DNA from: Deferrisomatales bacterium | GTDB lineage: Bacteria; Desulfobacterota; Deferrisomatia; Deferrisomatales; JACRMM01 | Length of the DNA: 64,000 nt | Direction: 5' to 3' | Assembly (NCBI GenBank): GCA_033551855.1 | Contig: JAWSUI010000013.1 | Span: 1-64,000, forward strand | In this document: positions 31,009-41,216 of the stretch, in pieces | Layout: each line of letters starts with the position of its first letter | How positions within the stretch are numbered: the stretch's first letter is position 1 | Made by a program: the position numbers and the translations under genes | Notes under the pieces: model-generated | The model's database searches: none | What the model was told of the DNA's origin: nothing | Seen by the model: only the letters and a program-made list of their open reading frames with translations

Positions 31009-33339
31009 TCACGCCTCGTACATGCCCCAGATCCCGCAGGGGCAAATCCCGGCGCAGAAACCGCACCCGATGCACCGGTCCGGATCCACGGCGTACTCGT
31101 ACCCGCCCCCCGAGAGCTCCCGGCGGGTGATGGCGCCCCCGTAGCAGGTCGCCTCGCACAGGCCGCAGTCCCTGCAGCTCGCGCACGACAGGCACTTTGC
31201 CCCCTCCCCCGAGCAGGTGCGCGAGAGGTCGCCTTGGCGGGCCCGCTCGTAGTACTGGAACCGGATGCGCTCGTAAGGGATGATCCGCTTGCTCTCCTCC
31301 TCGTACTCCGTCTTGGAGAGGAGGGCGTGAATGTAGCGGGCCACCTGGAGGCCCGCCCCGATGGCGTTCGTGATGAGGCCGGGCCTGGTCACGTCGCCGA
31401 CCGCGAACACCTTCGGGTCGGTTGTGCGTCCCACGCTGTCCACCCGCACGAAGCCCCGGTCCCGGTCCACGGGGGCAGGAAGGTAGTCGAGCTCCGGCGA
31501 CTCCCCGATGGAAATGATGACCACGTCGGCGGCCAGCGCGGTTCCGTCCTTGAAGTGGATCGTCCCGGAATCCCGGTCGTACCGGTCCGTGAACTTGGGG
31601 TACAGGATTTCTGCGCCCCTGGCCTTGGCCATCTGCTGCTCCTTGCCGAAGGAGGCCGGCTTCTGGATGTCGACCGCCGCCACCCCGGCGGCGCCGCAAT
31701 TGAAGGCCTCGATGCAGATGTCCATCCCCACGTTGCCCGCACCGATCACCACCACCTTCTTCCCGGTCAGGTCCATGGGGTTTCGGGCGTTGATCTCCTT
31801 GAGAAAGACGATGCCGGGCAACACGTGCTCGTAGCCCGGAAAGGGGATGGTCCGCGGCGAGTGGCACCCGCTGGCGAGGAGCACCACGTCGTGGGAGGCC
31901 CAGATCTCCCGGTACTTGACCGCGTCCACCTCACAGCCCGTGTGGATCTCGACCCCCAGGGAGGCGAAGCGGTCGATCTCCTTCTGCAGGATCTCCCTCG
32001 GCAGGCGATCCTCCGGGATGCAGTAGTAGATCTTGCCCCCGAGCCGCGGTTCCCTCTCGAAAAGGCTCACGCCGTATCCCCTGAGCGCCAGCTGGTACGC
32101 GGCGGAGATCCCGCCCGGCCCCCCGCCGATCACGGCGACCCGCTCCGGCCGGCGTGCCGCCGGCCTCGGGGCCGGGCGCTCCAGGCTCAAGCGGCCGAGG
32201 AACGAGACGTCCACGGGATCTCGCAAAAACTGCTGTCGGGAGCAGTAGTCCATGCACAGGTTCGGGCACACGTAGCCGCACACCGTCCCCGGGAAGGGTG
32301 AGTACTCGAGCACGAGGTCGAGGGCTTGCTGCTCTTGGCCGTCGCGGATGAGACGGGCCCTCTCGTGGGTGGGGATCCCGGTGGGGCAGTAGCCGGCGCA
32401 GGGGGGCGCATACTGGTCGTTTTCCCAGTGGGGCACCTGGCGCCGTCCCTCGCCGGTTGCGACGAACGGGAGAAGGCTCGTCTCGGTGTCCAGATAGTCG
32501 GCGAAGATGCCCCCGGCCCCCACCCCTTTCTCCCACACCCCCTTCCGGAAGGTGCTCACCGAGGGCCGATCGGCCCGGGCGCGCTGCTCGCGCTCCTCCG
32601 GGGTCAGGGCCACGACCTTGCGCCACTCGTCCCGGCTGCGGGTGAGGGACTGGTGGAAGCTCAGCCGATCGACGGCCTTGAGGAAGGGCTTGATGTTGCC
32701 TGTCAGCCACTCCCAATCGGCGTCGGTCAGGTCTCCGACACGGACGTCCTCTTCGCAGACCCCCTGAACCGGGCCCCGGAAGTAGACCGTCCCCCCCACC
32801 ATCCCCACACAGGGCCGATACCCCAGGATATTGTCCGGGTTGCGGGGGTTCACACCGCACACCACGGCCACACCCCCCGCCTTGAACTCGGCGAAGGAAT
32901 CACCCACGTCCCGGAAGTACCACGACTGGATCGGCTCGAACCGGGGGTTGTATTTGGTAAGGGTGTCGCACCGGGCCCCGCCGCCCCCCTGGACGTACAG
33001 CCGTCCCTGGGCTCCTGCGTTGTGTGCGCCGTTGGCGACGTCGCCGAGCACCGTGATGGTGGCGCCGGTGTTGAGCCAGCCCACGTCGTCGGAGGCGGAG
33101 CCCTCCACCACGATCTCGGTCCCCGCCATGGCCATGCCGCCCACCCGCTGCCCGGGGGCCCCGGTGACGCGGATCCTCACCGTCTCCCCCTGCGGCCAGA
33201 TGCGGCCGCCGATCCCGTGCTGGCCATCGGCCACCACCCGGATCCGGCGCTTGCCGCTGGCTGCGGCAGCCTGCACCGCGTCGTCGAGGTCCCGGGAGGA
33301 AACCCGCCGCCCCTTGATCTTGCCCTTGATCTCGATCAT
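31009..33339 (-). CDS. Glutamate synthase subunit: GXGXG domain + GltD-like FAD/NAD(P) oxidoreductase + ferredoxin
   Basis: GQHGIGG, AEFKAGG, PPC...CP, GGGPGG, VIGAGNVG, C-terminal CxxCxxC clusters. Confidence 0.88.
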   Translation of the reverse strand: MIEIKGKIKGRRVSSRDLDDAVQAAAASGKRRIRVVADGQHGIGGRIWPQGETVRIRVTGAPGQRVGGMAMAGTEIVVEGSASDDVGWLNTGATITVLGDVANGAHNAGAQGRLYVQGGGGARCDTLTKYNPRFEPIQSWYFRDVGDSFAEFKAGGVAVVCGVNPRNPDNILGYRPCVGMVGGTVYFRGPVQGVCEEDVRVGDLTDADWEWLTGNIKPFLKAVDRLSFHQSLTRSRDEWRKVVALTPEEREQRARADRPSVSTFRKGVWEKGVGAGGIFADYLDTETSLLPFVATGEGRRQVPHWENDQYAPPCAGYCPTGIPTHERARLIRDGQEQQALDLVLEYSPFPGTVCGYVCPNLCMDYCSRQQFLRDPVDVSFLGRLSLERPAPRPAARRPERVAVIGGGPGGISAAYQLALRGYGVSLFEREPRLGGKIYYCIPEDRLPREILQKEIDRFASLGVEIHTGCEVDAVKYREIWASHDVVLLASGCHSPRTIPFPGYEHVLPGIVFLKEINARNPMDLTGKKVVVIGAGNVGMDICIEAFNCGAAGVAAVDIQKPASFGKEQQMAKARGAEILYPKFTDRYDRDSGTIHFKDGTALAADVVIISIGESPELDYLPAPVDRDRGFVRVDSVGRTTDPKVFAVGDVTRPGLITNAIGAGLQVARYIHALLSKTEYEEESKRIIPYERIRFQYYERARQGDLSRTCSGEGAKCLSCASCRDCGLCEATCYGGAITRRELSGGGYEYAVDPDRCIGCGFCAGICPCGIWGMYEA

Positions 33340-33408
33340 CGGTTCTCTCCGGCTGTCACCGCTCTGCGCATGGGGTCGGCGGGCCGTCTTTCAACGGCCT
33401 GCTGATGT

Positions 33409-35064
33409 CTAGCACGCGTAGCCGATCTGCAACCGCTGCGCCACCGCAGGGTCGTCGATGCTCAGCCCGTCGGCCATCCCTATGGGAAGCTCCGTGGAGC
33501 GCCCCAGGGGCGCAAAGATCTTCTTCAGCTCCCGGTCGGCGGCCACAAAGATCTCCACCACCCTCTGGGCCACGGTGTCCGGATCCAGGCGGCGGTAGAG
33601 CCTGGGATCCTGGGTGGTGATTCCGCGGGGGCACTTGCCGGTGTTGCAGATGTTGCACCGGTTGCGCTCGTCCCCGAGGCACCCGGCAGCGGCCTGCATG
33701 ACGTACTTGGCACAGTCGACCCCCGACGCCCCCAGCATGATGAGCGCCGCCGCGTTGGCCGCCAGGTTCCCCTGCTTTCCCACACCACCCGCGGCAAAAA
33801 GGGGCAGCTCGTTCTGTTTGCCGATCTTCACGAGGGTCAGGTAGCACTCCCGGAGGTTCGAGGCGATGGGGTGCCCCATCTTGTCGAGACTCACGTTGTA
33901 GGCCGCCCCCGTGCCCCCGTCTTCCCCGTCGATGGTCAGCGCCGCGGCAAAGGGATTGCGAGCCAGGTTGTTCAGGACCGCCAAGGCGGTCTTCGTCCCG
34001 GAGATCTTCGGGTACACGGGAACCCGGAACCCGAAAGCCATCGACATGGAGGTGATCATCTTGGCGACCGCCTCTTCGATCGAGTACTTCGTCTGATGGG
34101 TGGGGGGAGACGCCAGGTCCACGAACTCCGGCACCCCGCGGATGCGGGCGATGAGCTTCAGGACCTTGCTGGCCATCAGCAACCCCCCGTCGCCCGGCTT
34201 CGCTCCCTGGCCGTACTTGATCTCGATGGCCGCCGGATCGCACTGCATCTCGGGCACGGCGCGCAGGATCTCGTCCCACCCGAAGTATCCCGAGGCGATC
34301 TGGAGGATGAAGTACCGCAGAAAGGGGCTCTTCAGGAGCCGGGGAGGCATGCCACCCTCTCCCGTGCACATCACCACCGGCAGCTTTTCGACCTCGTTCA
34401 GATACGCGATCCCCAGGGCGAGCCCCTCCCACATGTGGGGGGAGAGGGCGCCCACCGACATGCCGCCGATCCGGATGGGGAAGATCTCGCGGACCGGCGG
34501 AACAAAGGGGGTCCCGTCGGGAACGAGGTCCGAGCCCTCGATCCGCAGGGGGAGGTCCTCCGGGGGCAGGTTGCGGCCCAGGTAGGTGCGCACCCGGAAC
34601 TCGTGGCGGCCCGCGTCGAGCGCGGGGTCCGTGAGCATCGAGATCCGGGTGAACTTGAGCCGGTCCAGGGTCGAGGTCCCCGGGTCGTTGCGGCGCCCCC
34701 CCCGCTTGTACGGCTCCCCCCCCTGGGTGACGTGCCAGGGGAACTTGTGGGCGGGGTTGAACTCCGGGGCCACGGCGTCGTTCGGACACACCAGCCGGCA
34801 GGTGGCGCACCCCACGCATCGGCGCCGAATGTCGGTCACCTGGCGCACCCCCGAGACGACCTTGCGCACCGTCGTCGGAAGGGGGGACGGGCCCGTGGAC
34901 TCGACCACGCGCTTCTCGAAGACACCCGGCTCGATGGCTTTCACCGGGCAGACCGAGGTGCACCGGCCACACCGAGTGCACCGGGGATCCTTCCAGCGGA
35001 CGATGTAGGGGAGGTCGTTCAGGCTAAGCTGATGATTGACGTCGAGCCGTCCCGCTGATTCCAT
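33409..35064 (-). CDS. Glutamate synthase FMN-binding subunit with N-terminal 4Fe-4S
   Basis: MSVGALS, CTGEGG, QIASGYFG, EIKYGQGAKPGDGG, DGEDGGTGAA, CNTGKCPRGITTQ. Confidence 0.9.
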   Translation of the reverse strand: MESAGRLDVNHQLSLNDLPYIVRWKDPRCTRCGRCTSVCPVKAIEPGVFEKRVVESTGPSPLPTTVRKVVSGVRQVTDIRRRCVGCATCRLVCPNDAVAPEFNPAHKFPWHVTQGGEPYKRGGRRNDPGTSTLDRLKFTRISMLTDPALDAGRHEFRVRTYLGRNLPPEDLPLRIEGSDLVPDGTPFVPPVREIFPIRIGGMSVGALSPHMWEGLALGIAYLNEVEKLPVVMCTGEGGMPPRLLKSPFLRYFILQIASGYFGWDEILRAVPEMQCDPAAIEIKYGQGAKPGDGGLLMASKVLKLIARIRGVPEFVDLASPPTHQTKYSIEEAVAKMITSMSMAFGFRVPVYPKISGTKTALAVLNNLARNPFAAALTIDGEDGGTGAAYNVSLDKMGHPIASNLRECYLTLVKIGKQNELPLFAAGGVGKQGNLAANAAALIMLGASGVDCAKYVMQAAAGCLGDERNRCNICNTGKCPRGITTQDPRLYRRLDPDTVAQRVVEIFVAADRELKKIFAPLGRSTELPIGMADGLSIDDPAVAQRLQIGYAC

Positions 35065-36158
35065 ACCTCGATCTCCTCTGCCCCGGGGCGCACGCACACT
35101 AGGTCGTACTTCATCGGGAACACGTCTTTCTGCACGTCGCGGTCCGGAACGGCCGAGGCCAGGCCGCACACCTCGGACATCAGCCCCACCCGACCCTTGG
35201 TCCCTCCCACCACCCCGGGCCGCAGCTTCTTTGCGTCCTGGACCATGAAGACGGTTCCATCCCGGTCGCAGCCGATCACGCAGTTGGGCCCGTCGATGGT
35301 GAGCATCCGCAGGCTGCGCTTCACGAGCCGCAGGGCCTCACGGTCCTTGCGCCGACCCATCTCGCCGTCCTGGAGCGGGGTGATCACGTCCTTGTAGTAC
35401 TTGAGCGGATAGCCGAGACGGCACCGCAGATAGTGGAGAATGTGGGCGAAAACCTCGCTGTCCGAGTTGTACCCCATGTACGCCGGGTGACCCCGGCTCG
35501 TGAGGTACTCACGGATCGGGACGAACGCGGTGTTCTCCCCATTCGTCATGGTGAAGATCCCTTCGATGAAGAAGGGGTGACAGGCGTACAGATTGATCGC
35601 GTAGTTGGTATTCTGGCGCCCCTGGGCAAACACCGTCCTCGCCGGGATCGGCTTCTGGTCCAGGCCGAAGAACTCGCCCACCTCCAAGGGGTCCCCCACC
35701 TCCTTGAGCGTGACCACGTCGGGCCAGAAGCTGAAGACGATGATCGACTCGTCTGCCTCTCCCATGCGCCGAAGCTCCACCCGGGTCCGACTCAGGAGCT
35801 CCGCCTTCTCCTCCCAAGGACGGTCCTTCACCCAGTCGGGGTAGTCGAAGGCTTTGACGATGTAGCGCTCGCGCCGCTGGATCGTCATCCCGGGCCTGAC
35901 CCGGATCTGGGGGTCCCACAAGAGCTTGGTGCGGAACCCCTTGGCCACCATGTAGTCGTCGAGCTCGTAATACCCCTTGTCGGTGGCAATCGCCGACAGG
36001 ATCGGGAAGTCCTTGATGCCCTCGAACTCCCCCCCCAGGTCGCGGAGCGTCAGGCCGAGCCCCGACCCGTCGTGCCCCTCTTTCATGGTCTCGAGTGCCT
36101 GGATCGCCTCCATCGGGGAAAAGTACTCGGCAGACACCAGGGCACAGAGTCGACACAT
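35019..36158 (-). CDS. Glutamate synthase glutamine amidotransferase (Ntn) subunit
   Basis: N-terminal Cys2 (MCRL), GHDGSG, QGRQNTN, CHPF, NGEN, SDSE, LRPG. Confidence 0.88.
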   Translation of the reverse strand: MCRLCALVSAEYFSPMEAIQALETMKEGHDGSGLGLTLRDLGGEFEGIKDFPILSAIATDKGYYELDDYMVAKGFRTKLLWDPQIRVRPGMTIQRRERYIVKAFDYPDWVKDRPWEEKAELLSRTRVELRRMGEADESIIVFSFWPDVVTLKEVGDPLEVGEFFGLDQKPIPARTVFAQGRQNTNYAINLYACHPFFIEGIFTMTNGENTAFVPIREYLTSRGHPAYMGYNSDSEVFAHILHYLRCRLGYPLKYYKDVITPLQDGEMGRRKDREALRLVKRSLRMLTIDGPNCVIGCDRDGTVFMVQDAKKLRPGVVGGTKGRVGLMSEVCGLASAVPDRDVQKDVFPMKYDLVCVRPGAEEIEVWNQRDGSTSIISLA

Positions 36159-36265
36159 GTTGGGTCTCCTTCCCGTGATCTTTCGCGGCAGCCCCGCCGG
36201 CCGCCGGTTCCCGGAGCTCTCAGCCAGGTGCCGACGGCTCCGGAGGGTAGCCTGGGGACGATTTT

Positions 36266-36280
36266 GCAGGGACCGTGCCA
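36266..36280 (-). promoter_or_regulatory. sigma54 promoter of the glutamate synthase operon
   Basis: TGGCACGGTCCCTGC(A), GG-N10-GC. Confidence 0.7.
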
Positions 36281-36343
36281 ACATCGACGCACCGCGAAAT
36301 ACCGCTGGCTTTCGCCGAGTCGGGAGAGGGGGGGAGTCGCCCA

Positions 36344-36539
36344 TGCCTACATTTAAGGCATACGTGCGGCCCCAAGTCCAGCCGGGCCGCACAAGGAGGA
36401 AGAATCCCGGGGGGACGCTGCCCATATAGCGAGCAACGCCCGTGGGCGGATACCGGAAGGAAGCCGCAGACGAAACAGGCCTAGAGAGGACTGGACGGAA
36501 ACAGATGAGGAGAAGGATGGCGTGCTCAATAAATAGGCA
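36344..36539. promoter_or_regulatory. Three 17-bp TGC-N11-GCA sites (NtrC-type enhancers)
   Basis: TGCCTACATTTAAGGCA (36344-36360), TGCCCATATAGCGAGCA (36419-36435), TGCTCAATAAATAGGCA (36523-36539); AT-rich cores in GC-rich DNA. Confidence 0.6.
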
Positions 36540-36574
36540 CACCCAGGAACAGCCCGCAGACGCCGCCCGGAGGG

Positions 36575-36892
36575 TCAGGAGCGGGGGCGGCCCTCCCGCT
36601 CGGCAATCCCCGAGGTCCCGAAGCGCCGCTCCAGCTCCTGGGACACGCGCTCAGGGGGAATACCGCGGGAGCCCAGCAGCACCAAGCAGTGAAACGCGAG
36701 ATCCGCGAGCTCCGACACCAAGGCCCGCTCGTCTCCGGATTTGGCCGCCAGCAGGGTCTCGACCGCCTCTTCGCCGACCTTTTGCAGGATCCGGTCTTCG
36801 CCCTTGTCCAAGAGACGGCAGACGTAAGAGTCGGCCCGAGGGGCGGCCTTGCGGTCGAGGATCACGGAATAGAGGCGGTCGTAAATGGACAT
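36575..36892 (-). CDS. hisE: Phosphoribosyl-ATP pyrophosphatase
   Basis: SY...L..KG...KVGEEAVE...E.ADL.FH. Confidence 0.92.
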   Translation of the reverse strand: MSIYDRLYSVILDRKAAPRADSYVCRLLDKGEDRILQKVGEEAVETLLAAKSGDERALVSELADLAFHCLVLLGSRGIPPERVSQELERRFGTSGIAEREGRPRS

Positions 36893-36999
36893 GAGGCGGA
36901 GTCCTTCGAAGCGGTCGGCGGGAGCCCGAACGGACGTCCGCGGGCGTTCCCGGAGTGGGGCGGCCGGGGGGCCGCCTCGTCGCCTTCACCCTTGCCGTG

Positions 37000-37767
37000 T
37001 CACATCCGCACCGGAACCCCTCGGGAGGCCAGAAGGCGCTTCACGTCCCCGATGGTGAGCTCGCGGAAATGGAAGATGCTCGCCGCCAGCGCGGCATCGG
37101 CCCCGCCGGCGGTGAGGGCCTCCCACATGTGTTCGGCGTTCCCCGCACCCCCGGAGGCGATGACCGGGATCTCCACCGCGTCGGACACTGCCCGGGTGAG
37201 GGGGATGTCGAACCCGTCCTTGGTCCCGTCGGCATCCATGCTGGTGAGGAGAATCTCCCCCGCGCCGAGGGCCTCCATCCGCCGGACCCACTCCAGGGCG
37301 TCTCTGCCGCTCGGGCGCCGACCCCCGTGGGTGTAGACCTCCCACCCCTCCTCCGCTCCGGGGCCTCGCCGCTTGGCATCGACAGCCACCACGATGCACT
37401 GGGAGCCGAACCGACGCGAAGCCTCCTCCACGAAGGCGGGCCGATGGACGGCCGCCGTGTTCACCGAGACCTTGTCGGCCCCCGCCAGGAGCAGGTTGCG
37501 CACGTCCGCGATCTCCCGGACCCCCCCCCCCACGGTGAGCGGCATGAACACCCGCTCCGCGGTGGCCCGTACAACCTCCAGGATGATGCCCCTCTCGTCG
37601 CTGGAGGCCGTGATGTCCAGGAAGGTGAGCTCGTCGGCGCCCTGGGCGTCGTAGAGCTTCGCAGCCTCCACGGGGTCGCCTGCATCCCGGAGGTTGACGA
37701 AGTTGGTACCCTTGACCACCCGCCCGGCGTTCACGTCCAGGCAGGGAATGATGCGCTTGGCGAGCAT
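37000..37767 (-). CDS. hisF: Imidazole glycerol phosphate synthase cyclase subunit
   Basis: [38 protein letters not shown]. Confidence 0.97.
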   Translation of the reverse strand: MLAKRIIPCLDVNAGRVVKGTNFVNLRDAGDPVEAAKLYDAQGADELTFLDITASSDERGIILEVVRATAERVFMPLTVGGGVREIADVRNLLLAGADKVSVNTAAVHRPAFVEEASRRFGSQCIVVAVDAKRRGPGAEEGWEVYTHGGRRPSGRDALEWVRRMEALGAGEILLTSMDADGTKDGFDIPLTRAVSDAVEIPVIASGGAGNAEHMWEALTAGGADAALAASIFHFRELTIGDVKRLLASRGVPVRM

Positions 37768-37798
37768 GGAGAGGATCCGTTGCGGGAGGGGCCGGCGA

Positions 37799-38536
37799 CT
37801 ACGCCCCCCCTCCCCTGCGGGCAAGGGAGATGGCGGCGGCCAGGTCGAGGGTGCCCTCGTAGAGCGCGCGCCCCGTGATGACTCCCACGACCCCGTCGGC
37901 CTCCAGGGGCAGCAGGCGCTCGATGTCCTCGAGATCGGAGACGCCCCCCGAAGCGATCACCGGGGCGCCGGACCGCCGGGCGAACTCCGCGGTGGCCTCG
38001 CGGTTCACCCCCGTCTGCATCCCGTCGCGCTCGATGTCGGTGAAGACGAACCCGGCAGCACCCTGGTCCGCCAGGGCCTGGGCGAGATCCACTGCCCGGG
38101 TCCGAGAGACCTCGGCCCATCCTCGCACGGCCACCCAGCCGTCCCGGGCATCGATGCCCACCAGGACCCGACCGGGATGGGACGCGGAGAGCCGACCCAC
38201 CAAGGCGGGATCCTCGAGGGCGGCGGTCCCCAGGATCACGTAGTCCAGGCCCTCGCCGAGAAGCCGCTCAGCCGTCGCCTGATCTCGGATGCCGCCCCCG
38301 AGCTCGAGCTCCACGTCCACCGCCCGGCGCACCGCCCGCACCGCCGCCAGGTTCTCGGGGCGGCCCGAAAAGGCTCCGTCCAGATCCACCAAGTGGATCC
38401 GCGCGGCCCCGAGCCCGACCCAACGTCGGGCCACGGCGGCCGCATCGTCCCCGTAGACCGTTTCGTCCTCCATCCGGCCCTGGCGCAGGCGCACGCACTG
38501 CCCGGCCTTCAGATCGATCGCAGGGATCACGATCAC
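37799..38536 (-). CDS. hisA: ProFAR isomerase
   Basis: [29 protein letters not shown]. Confidence 0.96.
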   Translation of the reverse strand: MIVIPAIDLKAGQCVRLRQGRMEDETVYGDDAAAVARRWVGLGAARIHLVDLDGAFSGRPENLAAVRAVRRAVDVELELGGGIRDQATAERLLGEGLDYVILGTAALEDPALVGRLSASHPGRVLVGIDARDGWVAVRGWAEVSRTRAVDLAQALADQGAAGFVFTDIERDGMQTGVNREATAEFARRSGAPVIASGGVSDLEDIERLLPLEADGVVGVITGRALYEGTLDLAAAISLARRGGGA

Positions 38537-39177
38537 GATGCACCCTCCCGAACGGCCTTCTGCCAGAAGGCCCGCAGGATCGCCAGGCCCACCCGCTGGC
38601 TCTTCTCCGGGTGGAACTGGCAGGCGTAGAGGTTACCCCGCGCCACGCTCGAGGCGAACTCCATGCCGTAGGTCGTCGTGGTGGCGACGACCTCCGCATC
38701 CTCCGGGACGGGGAAGTAGGAGTGGACGAAATAGACGTGATCGCCCTCGACCACGTCGGCCAGCACCTCCGGCTCCTGGACTTTGTGGAGCGTGTTCCAG
38801 CCCATGTGCGGGACCTTCAGGCGGCGGCCCCCTTCGGCCAGATCCCGGGGGAAACGCACGACTCGCCCCCGCAGGATGCCAAAACCCCGGGTGTGACCGT
38901 GTTCCTCGCTCTCCTCGAAGAGGAGCTGGTAACCGACACAGATGCCGAGGAAGGGGATCCCCGCCAGGATCCGGTCCCGCACCGGCTGGGCCAGGCCGAA
39001 GCTCTCGAGCTTCGCGATGCAGTCTCGGAAGGCGCCCTGGCCCGGGAGCACGAGACCCCTGGCCTCCCGAACCCTGCCCGGATCCCGGGTCACCTCCGCC
39101 TGCGCCCCCAGGGACTCGAAGGCCTTCTGCACGCTGCGCAGATTGCCCGAGTCGTAGTCGACAATCACGACGGACAT
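38533..39177 (-). CDS. hisH: Imidazole glycerol phosphate synthase glutaminase subunit
   Basis: DYDSGNLRSV, LGICVG, PHMGWN, YFVHSY, QFHPEKS. Confidence 0.96.
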   Translation of the reverse strand: MSVVIVDYDSGNLRSVQKAFESLGAQAEVTRDPGRVREARGLVLPGQGAFRDCIAKLESFGLAQPVRDRILAGIPFLGICVGYQLLFEESEEHGHTRGFGILRGRVVRFPRDLAEGGRRLKVPHMGWNTLHKVQEPEVLADVVEGDHVYFVHSYFPVPEDAEVVATTTTYGMEFASSVARGNLYACQFHPEKSQRVGLAILRAFWQKAVREGAS

Positions 39178-39274
39178 CGGTGATCCGCGGTGCGATGGGG
39201 GTTTCCCCTTCCGTGCCGGCGGCGCTCCGCGGTCTCTCCTCTCGGGCCGCCCCGCCCCCCTCCACCCGACCCCG

Positions 39275-39862
39275 TCACAGGCTCCCCTTCGTCGAAGGCA
39301 CACCTTGTCGTCGCGGCTCCCCCCGAGTGGCCCGGTCGAGTGCACGGCCAAAGGCCTTGAAGACCGCCTCGATGACGTGGTGGGCGTTTCGCCCCGACTC
39401 GACCCGCACGTGCACGGTAGCCCCGGCTGCCCGGGCGAACGCCTCGAAGAACTCCCGGAAGAGCTCGATGTCGACCTCCCCCACCTTTCCCGGCGCGAGG
39501 CCGTCGTCGTAGGAGAGGTGGGTCCGGCCCGAGAGGTCGAGCACCACGTGCGCCAGGGCCTCGTCCATGGGCACGGTCGCCTCCCCGTACCGCGCGATCC
39601 CCACCCGGTCGCCGAGAGCCTCGGACACGGCCTGCCCCAGGCCAATGCCCACGTCCTCGATCGTGTGATGGAAGTCCACGTGGAGGTCACCGGAGGCAAG
39701 GACGCTGAGGTCGAAGAACCCGTGAACCGCCACGTGGGTGAGCATGTGGTCGAGGAACCCCACGCCGGTCTCGGCCTGGACCGTCCCGTCGCCGTCGAGC
39801 CCGAGACGGACGTGGATGTCCGTCTCCCGTGTCCGGCGTTGCACCTCAGCCGTTCTGCTCAT
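39275..39862 (-). CDS. hisB: Imidazoleglycerol-phosphate dehydratase
   Basis: GFLDHML, DFHHTIED, PMDEAL, NAHH..EA.FKA, PSTKG. Confidence 0.97.
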   Translation of the reverse strand: MSRTAEVQRRTRETDIHVRLGLDGDGTVQAETGVGFLDHMLTHVAVHGFFDLSVLASGDLHVDFHHTIEDVGIGLGQAVSEALGDRVGIARYGEATVPMDEALAHVVLDLSGRTHLSYDDGLAPGKVGEVDIELFREFFEAFARAAGATVHVRVESGRNAHHVIEAVFKAFGRALDRATRGEPRRQGVPSTKGSL

Positions 39863-41216
39863 CGGTCCTCCTTCGGGATCGGCGGGAGCGCTCCAGCCCT
39901 TCCCCGCCCCCCGAGGCCCCAGGCTGCCCCGAGAGCCTCATTTCGACGGCCCGGGCATGGGCCTCCAGGCCCTCCATGCGGGCGATGTGGGCCACCTGAC
40001 GGCCCAGTTGCCCCAGCGCTTCGGCCGAGAAGGAGATCACGCTGGAACGCTTGACGAAGTCTTCGACCCCCAGGGGGGAAAAGAACCGTGCGGTGCCGGC
40101 CGTGGGGAGCACGTGGTTGGGTCCCGCGGCGTAATCCCCCAGGGCCTCCGGGGTGTGGTGGCCGAGGAAGATGGCCCCCGCGTGGCGGATGCGCCCCAGG
40201 AGGTCCCAGGGGCGCTCCACGGCCAACTCCAGGTGCTCCGCCGCGAACTCGTTGGCCAGGTCGCAGGCCTGCTCGAGGGAACCCACCTCCAGGATGCCGC
40301 CCCTCTCTTCCCAACTCCGCCGGGCCGTGCCCTCGCGGGGCAAGAGCCGCAGTTGCGCCTCCACCTGCTCCGCCACCCGGGCGCCGAAGGCCGCGTCCGT
40401 CGTCACCAGGACCGCCGTGGCCTGCTCGTCGTGCTCGGCCTGGCTGAGGAGGTCTGCTGCGACGTGCGCCGGGTCCCCGGAGCCGTCGCTCACCACGAGG
40501 ATCTCGCTCGGGCCCGCCACCATGTCGATGTCCACTCGGCCGTACAAGAGACGCTTGGCCGTGGCCACGTAGATGTTCCCCGGCCCGACGATCTTGTCCA
40601 CGGCCGGAATCGTCGCCGTGCCGTACGCCAGGGCGGCAACGGCCTGAGCCCCACCCACACGGTACACCTCCCGGACCCCCACGAGCCACGCCGCCCCCAG
40701 GACGTGCGCGTTGGCCGTGCCGCCCGGGGTCGGGGTCACCATGGCCAACCGTTCCACGCCGGCGACCTGGGCCGGGATGGCATTCATCAGCACGCTGGAG
40801 GGATAGCTCGCCTTGCCGCCGGGAACGTACAGACCCGCCGACGCCAGGGGCGTGACCCGTTGCCCCAGGAGCACCCCCTCTTCCTCCACGAACCAGGACC
40901 GGTCCCGCTGGCGCTCGTGGAAGGAACGGATCCGACGGGTCGCCAGCTCGAGGGCCTTCCGGTTTTCGACCGGGAGCGACAGCCAGGCCCTCTCCAGGGC
41001 CTCCGGGGGCACCGCCAGCTCCCTCGGCGAGAGCTCGACCCCGTCGAACCGGGCCGTGTACTCCAGCAGAGCCGCGTCCCCCCGATGCGCAACCGCCTCC
41101 AGGATGGGCCGCACCGCTTCCTCCGCCGCCGCGCCGTCCTGGCCTCCGCCGCGGGTCGCGAGCCGGCGCCAGGCCTCCTCGTAACCCGGCCCTCCCAGTC
41201 GGTGGATCGGCATCAT
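39846..41216 (-). CDS. hisD: Histidinol dehydrogenase
   Basis: GLYVPGG, GPGN.YV, AGPSE, SQAEHD, GDYAAGPNHVLPT. Confidence 0.96.
   Translation of the reverse strand: MMPIHRLGGPGYEEAWRRLATRGGGQDGAAAEEAVRPILEAVAHRGDAALLEYTARFDGVELSPRELAVPPEALERAWLSLPVENRKALELATRRIRSFHERQRDRSWFVEEEGVLLGQRVTPLASAGLYVPGGKASYPSSVLMNAIPAQVAGVERLAMVTPTPGGTANAHVLGAAWLVGVREVYRVGGAQAVAALAYGTATIPAVDKIVGPGNIYVATAKRLLYGRVDIDMVAGPSEILVVSDGSGDPAHVAADLLSQAEHDEQATAVLVTTDAAFGARVAEQVEAQLRLLPREGTARRSWEERGGILEVGSLEQACDLANEFAAEHLELAVERPWDLLGRIRHAGAIFLGHHTPEALGDYAAGPNHVLPTAGTARFFSPLGVEDFVKRSSVISFSAEALGQLGRQVAHIARMEGLEAHARAVEMRLSGQPGASGGGEGLERSRRSRRRTDEQNG

Noticed and set aside
31009..36158. Glutamate synthase split into three genes
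   Set aside because: This architecture is already known from sulfate reducers and archaea
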